Below, one piece after another: positions 47,437-55,102 of a DNA stretch of 64,000 nucleotides. A program made the position numbers and the translations under genes. The first letter of the stretch is position 1. Every line of letters begins with the position of its first letter. Origin of the DNA: Ktedonobacterales bacterium (GTDB lineage Bacteria; Chloroflexota; Ktedonobacteria; Ktedonobacterales; JADMIN01); assembly GCA_035763125.1 (NCBI GenBank), contig DASUBU010000298.1:447-64446 (forward strand), given 5' to 3'. The notes beneath the pieces are model-generated. The model made no database searches and had not been told where the DNA came from. It was given only the letters and a program-made list of their open reading frames with translations.

Positions 47437-47770
47437 GAGACCTCACGTCACACCGTTCATTCGTCTGGTCGCTGCCCGTGCGCTGTGCGCGCTAGCGCTC
47501 GCCATAGGCTCCCGGCCTGGCAAGGAGTAGCTCGCGATGCGCTCGCAGGTGTGGAATCGCTTCGTGCAGGCGCTGGGCATGGTGGCCAGCCAGTGCCCGC
47601 TGCTTGGCGCATGCCACCGTCTGGCCATATCGCTCGGCGCGGCCAGACGGCCTAGCAGCGACTCTACTACCAGGCAGGGGCAGGCGGCCATACCAGCCGG
47701 GCATCATCTTATTACCTCAACTCGCTCCGTGCGCCAGGGTGCCTCGGGAGCGCAAAACAAGGAGAGGCGC

Positions 47771-48391
47771 GTGGCAATTACGACCCTCACTGACAGCAAC
47801 TTTTCCCAGGTGGTCGAGCGATCCAAAGGCGTCGCGCTCGTGGACTTCTGGGCGCCCTGGTGCATGCCCTGTCGCCTGGTCGGGCCGACCATCGAGCGGT
47901 TAGCCAAAGAGTTTGACGGGCGCGTCACGGTAGGCAAGCTCAACGTTGACGAGCACATGAGCGTCGCGAAGCGCTTTCACATCAGTGGCATTCCCACAGT
48001 GGGCATCTTCCGCGACGGCAAGCTCATCAACCAGATGGTCGGCGTCCGGCCAGAGGCGGCCTATCGCCAGGCGCTGGAGTCCGTCCTCAAGCCTGCTGCC
48101 GCGACCGGCGCCCGCGGCGCGAGCGCGAAGACCGGCCCGGCTCGGCACAGCGTGACGGTCTATTCTACTCCGACCTGTCCGTGGTGCACTCGTCTCAAGG
48201 CGTACCTGCGTGAGAAGCGGATCGCCTTCAAAGATGTGGATGTGAGCCGCGACACCGCGGCGGCCCAGGAGATGGTGCGCCGGTCGGGAGAGATGGGCGT
48301 GCCCCAGGCCTGGATTGACGGCCAGGTGGTCGTAGGCTTCGACCGCAAGCGCGTGGATGCGCTGCTCGGTCTGTCCGCGGACGTCGCCTAG
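47771..48391 (+). CDS. Thioredoxin fused to a glutaredoxin-like domain
   Basis: The Trx part reads VDFWAPWCMPCR..GIPTVGIF. The Grx-like part reads VYSTPTCPWCTRLKAYL..GVPQAWIDGQVVVGFD. GTG 47771 follows AAGGAGAGG. An in-frame ATG at 47537, also preceded by AAGGAG, would add 78 aa. Confidence 0.8.
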   Translation: MAITTLTDSNFSQVVERSKGVALVDFWAPWCMPCRLVGPTIERLAKEFDGRVTVGKLNVDEHMSVAKRFHISGIPTVGIFRDGKLINQMVGVRPEAAYRQALESVLKPAAATGARGASAKTGPARHSVTVYSTPTCPWCTRLKAYLREKRIAFKDVDVSRDTAAAQEMVRRSGEMGVPQAWIDGQVVVGFDRKRVDALLGLSADVA

Positions 48392-48514
48392 CCGGCTCGC
48401 CGGCACGGAGAAGCCCAGAGGAGCCTGGGGGCGTGGGATTCGCGCGCCTGGCCTGGGCGCGAGGGCGGCGTCCACGAGTGTCTGTATCTGTCAGTGTTTT
48501 CGAGGAGCGATGCG

Positions 48515-48841
48515 ATGAAGACCATTCAACCGTTCGGAGACCGTGTCCTGGTCAGGGCCGTCGAGCCACGCCAGCAGACGGCAAGCGGCATTTACCTGCC
48601 GGATACCTCGCGTGAGGGGCCGGGCGAAGGCGAGATCGTGGCGATCGGCGAAGGCTCGGCGCTTCAGGAGAAGCTCAGCGTTGGCGACCAGATCCTCTAC
48701 CAGAAGTTCGGCGGCACCGAGATCAAGCTGGAGGGCGCGACCTACATGCTGCTCGGCGAAGCCGACATCCTCGGGCGCGTCGTCGAGCTCGGTCAACTCC
48801 CGACGGCTGGGAACGCGGACAAGACGGCGGCGGTCGCCTAG
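48515..48841 (+). CDS. groES: Co-chaperonin GroES with a roughly 15-aa C-terminal tail
   Basis: It reads MKTIQPFGDRVLVRAVE..TASGIYLPDT..GEIVAIGEG..VGDQILYQKFGGTEIKLEG. No groEL follows. Confidence 0.85.
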   Translation: MKTIQPFGDRVLVRAVEPRQQTASGIYLPDTSREGPGEGEIVAIGEGSALQEKLSVGDQILYQKFGGTEIKLEGATYMLLGEADILGRVVELGQLPTAGNADKTAAVA

Positions 48842-49014
48842 ACCAGCAACGCCGCGCACGTGCCGCTCGCGCAGCGGCGGCAACATGATCGCCCGGCAAC
48901 TCATCCAGACCGCAGTGATCGCGGCGGATGGGCTGCCGGGCTCTCTATTACACATAACGTCGCGGAGGGTACGCCCCCAATCGCGCGCACTCGCGGGCGA
49001 CGCCAATGGGCATC

Positions 49015-49227
49015 TCACGCAGTGTGCGCGAGCTCGCCTTCCGGCGGCGCTGCCTCGCGCTCGCGCGGCGCCAGTGCTGGCGTCTGCTTAGTGGCTGGCT
49101 CGACCTCCGCAGCCGGCCACTCCGCCTCATGGCTGCGGGCGAAAGCCCAGACAAAGTAGACCATCAGCACGAACACGAACGCTTCGAACAGCACGACCAC
49201 CATCGGCCAGGCGAATGCTTGCCACAT
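49015..49227 (-). CDS. Hypothetical small membrane protein (70 aa)
   Basis: It reads MWQAFAWPMVVVLFEAFVFVLMVYFVWAF, with one TM and a charged tail. GGAAGGAAAGGA lies upstream. The start could be further upstream in the same ORF. Confidence 0.4.
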   Translation of the reverse strand: MWQAFAWPMVVVLFEAFVFVLMVYFVWAFARSHEAEWPAAEVEPATKQTPALAPREREAAPPEGELAHTA

Positions 49228-49584
49228 CGTTCCCCATCCTTTCCTTCCGGCATGTCGGGCGCTCTGCGTTGCCAAGAGCTGCCTGCCGGCCGGGACGGCT
49301 TGAGCGGGAGCGCGAATGAGACTGTGCGGCACTTCTGCGGGCTCTAGCACACTGCCGCTCTTGGCGTTCACCATCACATCGCTCGTAGCCATCAGGGGAA
49401 CTATGGCTTCGGAAGGTCTGGATACGCTCACAGCCGCGCGTGGGAATGGCACAAGCCGCTCACAACCGCAACAACGAGGAGGTGGTGTGGGGCAGTAGCA
49501 GGAAGGAGCGCCAGGCCTCGCCACTACAGGATGGGGCGGAGGACAGGCTGATCGCGCCGTCGAAGTATGTGCCGGATGCAGCGC

Positions 49585-50661
49585 TCAGCGGGGGCTGGCG
49601 CTCGCGCGAGTCGCGCCGATAGCAGCGGCTGTCACCAGCGCCAGCGCGACGAGCGCGCGCGGCTCCAGTTGCTCGTGCAGCACGAGCCAGCCGATCAGCG
49701 CCGCGATTGCCGGCTCCAGGCTCATGAGCACGCCGAACGCGCTGGGCGGCATGCGCCGCAGTGCCGCCATCTCCAGCGAGTAGGGCACGACCGAGGAGAG
49801 CAGCGCCACGCCCAGGCCGAGCGCCACCAGGTGCAGGTCGAGCAGCGTGCTCCCAGCGCCGATGACGCCGACGGGCACCAGGGCCAGCGCGCCGACCACC
49901 ATAGCCAGGGAGAGACCTGTTCCACCGGGAAACACCCGCCCGACGCGGGCGCTCAGCAGAATGTACGTTGCCCAGCAAGCGCCTGCGCCGAGCGCCAGCA
50001 GCAGCCCCAGCGGATCGAGCGGAGCCGCGCCGAGCGTCTTGAGCGGGGCGAGCAGCACGATGCCGCCCAAGGCCAACGCCGCCCACAGCAGGTCGCGCGC
50101 GCGGCGCGAGCCGGCGATTGCCACGCCGAGCGGCCCTACGAACTCGACCATCACCGTGACACCCAGCGGTATGCGGGTGAGCGCCAGGTAGAACATGAAG
50201 TTCATCAGCGCCAGGACAAGCCCGAAGCTCACCACCGCCACGTAATCCGCGCGTCGCGCGCCAGTGGGCATGCCAACGCGCGCTGTGGCGCCCACGCCAC
50301 CGCCGCGGGCCGGCAGCGCGAGGCGCCACGGACGCCACAGCGCCAGCAACACCAGTGCTGCGAATCCCACCCGCAGGAAGACGACGCCGGCTGGCCCCAG
50401 CGTGCTGAACAGCTCTTTGGCCAGCGCCGAGCCCACCTGAACCGTGATCATCCCGATGAGCAGCAGGCTCGATGGCGGCACGCTTCCCGCCCGGCCAGCA
50501 ACCGCCCGCAGGGGATAGAGAGCGCCCCCGTCGCCGCGCGGGCGAGCGATCCCGCCGCTCTCGTTCACCAGCATCCAGCACACCATTCCAGTCGGGATGA
50601 TTGTAGGCACATAGCCTTGCACATGATACAACGCTGGCAGGGCACGAGTCTCGCGACTCAT
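49585..50661 (-). CDS. EamA/DMT-family transporter
   Basis: It is the only one of three overlapping long ORFs with membrane-protein character. Supporting sequence includes VGSALAKELF, NFMFYLALTRIPLGV, and YSLEMAALRRMP..FGVLMSLEPAIAAL. The start is probably downstream of 50661. Confidence 0.75.
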   Translation of the reverse strand: MSRETRALPALYHVQGYVPTIIPTGMVCWMLVNESGGIARPRGDGGALYPLRAVAGRAGSVPPSSLLLIGMITVQVGSALAKELFSTLGPAGVVFLRVGFAALVLLALWRPWRLALPARGGGVGATARVGMPTGARRADYVAVVSFGLVLALMNFMFYLALTRIPLGVTVMVEFVGPLGVAIAGSRRARDLLWAALALGGIVLLAPLKTLGAAPLDPLGLLLALGAGACWATYILLSARVGRVFPGGTGLSLAMVVGALALVPVGVIGAGSTLLDLHLVALGLGVALLSSVVPYSLEMAALRRMPPSAFGVLMSLEPAIAALIGWLVLHEQLEPRALVALALVTAAAIGATRASASPR

Positions 50662-50818
50662 TCATCCCAGGGTTGCCAAGCCTTGTGACTCCTTCGAGCT
50701 TACCCCCGACCGCACCGTTCGCGAGTCAGCCCTACAATGGAGAACATCCACTTGCTCGACCAGCATGAGACGACGTGAGGCTCAGCATAGGGAGGTTAGG
50801 AAGGCTAGGAATGGGACT

Positions 50819-51439
50819 ATGAGCGCATCTCGCCCAGCGCCGGGCGCCTGGCGACTGTTGGGCATCTGGGCCGGTATCGGGCTGCAATCCTTCGGCGGCG
50901 GCACCTCGACCCTCTTGCTGATTCAGCGCACGTTCATCGAGCGGCGCGGCTGGTTGACGATGGAAGAGTTCACACAGCTGTGGAGCCTGTGCTTGCTCGC
51001 GCCGGGCATGAACCTGGTCGCCGTCACAGCGCTGATTGGCAAGCGATTGGGCGGCACGCGTGGCATCGCCGTGTCGGTCGCCGGTTTGCTGCTGCCGAGC
51101 GCCACGATCACCTGTCTGTTGGCCGCCCTCTTTGTGCGCGCGGAGCACTCGGCCGTCGTCCAGGCGGCGCTGCGCGGGGTTGTGCCCGCGACAGCAGGCA
51201 TCATGATACTCGTCGCGGTCAACTTCGCCCGCCCGCTGATTCGCGCGCGCGTCACAATCGGGCGCTGGTACCCGTGGGCGAGCGCCGTGCTGGTGCCGTT
51301 GTTTGCGCTCGCGCTCATCGCATGGAATGTCTCGACGATTGCGATCGTGGTGAGCGCCGCACTCCTGGGCACGCTATTTTTCGCGCCGCGAGCGCCGCGC
51401 CCGCTGGCGGCGGACATTCAGAAGCGAGGCGAGAGCTGA
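50819..51439 (+). CDS. Chromate-ion-transporter (CHR) family protein, first half-size paralogue
   Basis: It reads GLQSFGGGTSTLLLIQRTFIERRGWLTMEEF. ATG 50819 is the call. The length is about 206 aa. Confidence 0.75.
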   Translation: MSASRPAPGAWRLLGIWAGIGLQSFGGGTSTLLLIQRTFIERRGWLTMEEFTQLWSLCLLAPGMNLVAVTALIGKRLGGTRGIAVSVAGLLLPSATITCLLAALFVRAEHSAVVQAALRGVVPATAGIMILVAVNFARPLIRARVTIGRWYPWASAVLVPLFALALIAWNVSTIAIVVSAALLGTLFFAPRAPRPLAADIQKRGES

Positions 51440-51948
51440 TCAATCCGCTGATTTTCTTCCTGCTGTGCCTGAAGGCGACGCTGTTCTCCACCGGTGGCTT
51501 TAGCAATCTGCCTAGCATCCATCAGGATATGATCGCCCGACGGTGGGCAACCGAAGCCGATTTTGGCCGTGCGATCGTCGTCGGGCAGATGAGTCCAGGA
51601 CCGAACGGGCTGTGGGTCATCAGTTTGGGCTACTTCACCGGTGGCATCCTGGGCGCGTTCCTCGCCTTGCTCGCCATCAGCGTGCCGCCGCTGCTGGTAC
51701 TCGTCATCGCCCGCAGCTATGCCCGCATCGAGCGCTGGCCGCGGACTCAGGGGGCCATGCATGGCGTCTCGATTGCGGTGCTGGCGCTTCTGATCGCCGT
51801 CATCTGGACAATCCTGCGCCAACCCGGAGTTGACGCGCGGGGGCTGCTGATTGCGACCGGAGCGTTTGGGCTTGCGCTGACGCGCAAGATCAATATCCTG
51901 CTCATCCTCGTGCTAGCGGGCCTCGTCGGCTATCTCGTATATCGCTGA
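51436..51948 (+). CDS. CHR-family protein, second half-size paralogue (start codon unresolved)
   Basis: It reads FLLCLKATLFSTGGFSNLPSIHQDMI..QMSPGPNGL. There is no ATG, GTG or TTG near the expected start. Options are CTG 51436, ATC 51439 or ATG 51322, the last giving a 118-nt overlap. Confidence 0.6.
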   Translation: MINPLIFFLLCLKATLFSTGGFSNLPSIHQDMIARRWATEADFGRAIVVGQMSPGPNGLWVISLGYFTGGILGAFLALLAISVPPLLVLVIARSYARIERWPRTQGAMHGVSIAVLALLIAVIWTILRQPGVDARGLLIATGAFGLALTRKINILLILVLAGLVGYLVYR

Positions 51949-51963
51949 GGCTCGCACAACGCT

Positions 51964-51983
51964 GAGCTCGCCAGCGCGAGCTC
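51964..51983. terminator. Hairpin following the CHR gene stop
   Basis: The arms gagctcgc and gcgagctc form an 8-bp stem with a 4-nt loop. Confidence 0.35.
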
Positions 51984-51991
51984 CAACGCTG

Positions 51992-52034
51992 CCATCAGGC
52001 GGCGCATGGATGATGGGCTCGCGCCGCCTGATGG
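51992..52034. terminator. 14-bp perfect-stem hairpin between convergent genes
   Basis: The arms ccatcaggcggcgc and gcgccgcctgatgg enclose a 15-nt loop. Confidence 0.4.
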
Positions 52035-52051
52035 TGCCGCTGAAGGCGTCG

Positions 52052-53383
52052 TCACCTGGCCAGGTCAACATCAAGCACCTGTGTGGCCTGCGCCTTGTCG
52101 GTTTCCCTCTCGATGGCCCTGGCAATCCACTCGGCATCTTCTCCGACACCGACGAACGTGCCGGACTTGAGGCCATGTAGCCAGGGGAGACCGATGAAAT
52201 ACAAGCCCCGAATGCGGGTGATGCCATGCGTCTGAATTGGGAAGCCGTAGTCATCGAACACGGGCAATCTGACCAGGCTGAAATCGAAGGTGTAGCCGGC
52301 TGCCCAGATGACCGTCGAGATACCGGCCGCCCGCACGTCCAGGCTGGTGATTTCTTCGGCGGCATACCCATCGCGCAGCCGCGGCAGCTCCTCACGTGGC
52401 GCTTCGAGCCCCATCTGCTCGATGTAGCGGTCTATCATGTCGCAGACTTCGGTCTCGAACTGGTCTGCTTTGGCCAGGTTCCCGTGCAGGCCGGCGGCGA
52501 GGGCGATGCGGCCGTCATGCGCGCCTTGCAAGCGGCCGAGCAGGGCGACGCCGTCGCGCGCGAACTGGTGCAGGTTGAGCGTGTGGCCGCCACGTGTGCC
52601 AGAGATGTGCGGAGGGCCTTCGAATCTGGCCTGTGGTGACGGAAGCTGCTCGGCTGGGCGGTCAAAGAACCCCGTGCGAATCAGCCAGCGAAAGATGTCG
52701 TCGCCACGGTAGCGACGTGGGGCACGGCCTGCGCTTCCCACGCACAAATACACGCGGTGCCCTCTCTGATACAGCTCCTCGGCGATCTGGCTGCCGGATT
52801 GGGCGGAACCCACCACCAGGACGGCCCCCTCTGGCAGCGCGGACGGATTGCGGTACGCGCTTGAATGGATCTGGTGGATGCTGGTCGGAAGGGCGTCGGC
52901 GTACACGGGAATCTTCGGCTGCTGGTCGATTCCGGTGGCGACGACGACGTTCGCCGCCGTGAAGGTGAGCGGCTCGCCATCGGCCGACTTGGCCCGCACC
53001 GTGTAGCGCACGCTAGGCCTGGTGGGCGCGGATTCGCCCTCGACAGTCGAGACGCGCACGCCATAGCGTACCGGTGGCCGGAACCGGGCAACGTAGTGAT
53101 CGAGATAGCTGACGAGCGCATCGCGCGGCATGAACGCCTCGGGCGCGTCTTCATCATATGTCGCCCCTGGCAGCAGAATAGACCAGTTTGGCGTGACCAG
53201 GGTAAACGAATCCCAGCGCTCGCTGCTCCACACATGCGCAGGTCGTGCAGCCTGTTCCAGCACAAGGTGGGGGCGATTGCGCTCGGTCAGGCAATAACTG
53301 GTCGCCAGCCCAGCCTGACCACCTCCGATGATGATGGTCTCATAGTGGGAAGTACGGTTGCTCACGGAATGGCCTCCTCTCAC
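52052..53383 (-). CDS. FAD/NAD(P)-binding flavoprotein monooxygenase-like oxidoreductase
   Basis: The FAD motif is IIIGGGQAGLATS and the second dinucleotide site is LVVGSAQSGSQIAEEL. Confidence 0.75.
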   Translation of the reverse strand: MRGGHSVSNRTSHYETIIIGGGQAGLATSYCLTERNRPHLVLEQAARPAHVWSSERWDSFTLVTPNWSILLPGATYDEDAPEAFMPRDALVSYLDHYVARFRPPVRYGVRVSTVEGESAPTRPSVRYTVRAKSADGEPLTFTAANVVVATGIDQQPKIPVYADALPTSIHQIHSSAYRNPSALPEGAVLVVGSAQSGSQIAEELYQRGHRVYLCVGSAGRAPRRYRGDDIFRWLIRTGFFDRPAEQLPSPQARFEGPPHISGTRGGHTLNLHQFARDGVALLGRLQGAHDGRIALAAGLHGNLAKADQFETEVCDMIDRYIEQMGLEAPREELPRLRDGYAAEEITSLDVRAAGISTVIWAAGYTFDFSLVRLPVFDDYGFPIQTHGITRIRGLYFIGLPWLHGLKSGTFVGVGEDAEWIARAIERETDKAQATQVLDVDLAR

Positions 53384-53515
53384 TGTTGCCGGATGGTTGG
53401 CACAAGAGCAGCAATGCAGCCAGATGGCTGCCTCACGGTCTATTCATCTGACTCGCCACGGCAGTGGCCGCAGTCACAGCCGCAGCGCGCTCTCCGGCGG
53501 CAAGTCAGGTGATGC

Positions 53516-54487
53516 CTACGCGACCAGAAAGCGTTCGATCTCTTCCACGATGCGCTCGGCGTCGTCCAGCCAGGGGAGGTGCCCTGCGTCGGGGACGCGA
53601 ATGACGCGCACGCGTGGATTGTGCGCGGCGATGGCCTCCCAGAACCGCCAACCTTGGGCTGAGATGAAGCGGTCGCGCTCACCACAAAGGAGCAGCGTTG
53701 GCACTGTCAGCTCCTGCCAGTGCTCGCCCAGGATCAGATGGCGCCGAAGTCCCCTCACACCGGCGATACCGCGCACAAAGCTCAGCATGCTGCCGATGTT
53801 GCGACGCGCATGCTCGATGTCCGCGTCGAGCAATGTGTCGTCGAGATGCTCGGGATGCACGACGAGGAGTTGGCCCCAAAACCGCCGATTGCCTTCGCGC
53901 GATTGACCGGACATCAAGCGCCGGCCGAGCGGCTGTCCGATCAGCGGGAGGCCCAGCAGCCGCAGCTCGAACGGGACGGAACGTGTAACACCGGCAGGTG
54001 CGCCGACAAGGGCGAGCCGCGAGACCCGATGCCGGGTGCCGAGCGCGAAGGCTGCCGACCACAGCCCGCCCATCGAGTTCGCCACAACGTCAACCGTGCG
54101 CAACTCAAGCGCATCGAGGATATCGCGCAGAAGCGTGGACGCGTGGTCGTGTGGATCCACGCCGGTGTAGTCGAATGGATCGGCCAGTCCGTGTCCGGGC
54201 AGATCGAAGGCGAGCACGCGATGATTCCTGGCAAGCGCTGGCAGAATCGGCGCCCAGTAGAAGGCGCTGGCCAAGGCACCGTGCACCAGCAGCAGCGGGG
54301 GGCCAGCGCCAAGCTCGAACAGTTGGGTCGTGCCCTGCGACCAGCGTATCCGGCGAATACGTGCGTTGGGTGCATACCGCGCCAGCAGGGCAGCCTGGGC
54401 TGCCTCAAGAGCCTCGGTGGGCGAATTCGGCGCGATCTGCTGGGTGGTCCGCCGTTTCGGCGTGTGGGTGATGGGCTTCATTGTCAC
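53516..54487 (-). CDS. Alpha/beta hydrolase
   Basis: Motifs are LLLVHGALAS and VANSMGG, with a C-terminal DAGHLPWLD. Confidence 0.8.
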   Translation of the reverse strand: MTMKPITHTPKRRTTQQIAPNSPTEALEAAQAALLARYAPNARIRRIRWSQGTTQLFELGAGPPLLLVHGALASAFYWAPILPALARNHRVLAFDLPGHGLADPFDYTGVDPHDHASTLLRDILDALELRTVDVVANSMGGLWSAAFALGTRHRVSRLALVGAPAGVTRSVPFELRLLGLPLIGQPLGRRLMSGQSREGNRRFWGQLLVVHPEHLDDTLLDADIEHARRNIGSMLSFVRGIAGVRGLRRHLILGEHWQELTVPTLLLCGERDRFISAQGWRFWEAIAAHNPRVRVIRVPDAGHLPWLDDAERIVEEIERFLVA

Positions 54488-54606
54488 ATCCCTTTGCTCT
54501 GCTCACTGCTCGCGAGTGTACGGACGTGGCTGGGCAGCGACATGCCCCACCTGAGGTATTTCACGGGGCACTGTTGATGACGATGAGGGCGAGACGCCGA
54601 TGGCGA

Positions 54607-54951
54607 TCATGCCACTTCGGGCCAACGCTCGATGGGCGCGGCCCGCCGCGATATCCACCACCGGTGCGCTCTTGCCAGCAGACGCGGCCGCCATTCGTAG
54701 CGCAGGTACCAGATCAGCATCAGGCCCGTGGTGACCAGGTAGAACGTGTGCAGCAGCCAGATAGGACCGGGCGGCAGGTGGAACACGTAGACCGAGTGAA
54801 TGACGTTGCCGACGTTGGCGAGCACGATGTTGCCGAAACTGTACGATCCCAGGTTCCGCGTCTGGAAGGCTTTCAACAGCATCGGCAGCGTGCTGAGCGC
54901 AAAGATGATCGTCGAGATCATGCCAGCCACGACCGGCAGATTGATGTCCAT
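54607..54951 (-). CDS. SemiSWEET/PQ-loop-like small membrane protein
   Basis: Trimmed to ATG 54951. It has three TM helices. TM1 reads FALSTLPMLLKAFQTRNLGSYS, which is PQ-loop-like with PM in place of PQ. Confidence 0.5.
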   Translation of the reverse strand: MDINLPVVAGMISTIIFALSTLPMLLKAFQTRNLGSYSFGNIVLANVGNVIHSVYVFHLPPGPIWLLHTFYLVTTGLMLIWYLRYEWRPRLLARAHRWWISRRAAPIERWPEVA

Positions 54952-55102
54952 TGCCAGATCCCCTTTGAACCCCGCATGTGCTGTCGTTCGCTGAGCCAAG
55001 GATAGGCGATCTAGAGTGCGCCAGCATGCCCGCGATGGGGTATTCGATAGGGGTATTTCGCGAGACCGCAAGAGGATGTGGTTGTGGGTGGGCGTCGTGC
55101 TG

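Noticed and set aside
49460-50688. Two alternative long ORFs (49460..50665 minus strand, 49567..50688 plus strand) overlapping the EamA transporter frame
   Set aside because: Both are Arg/Ala/Gly/His-rich with no hydrophobic helices or motifs. Only the 49585..50661 frame gives a polytopic EamA-like protein.
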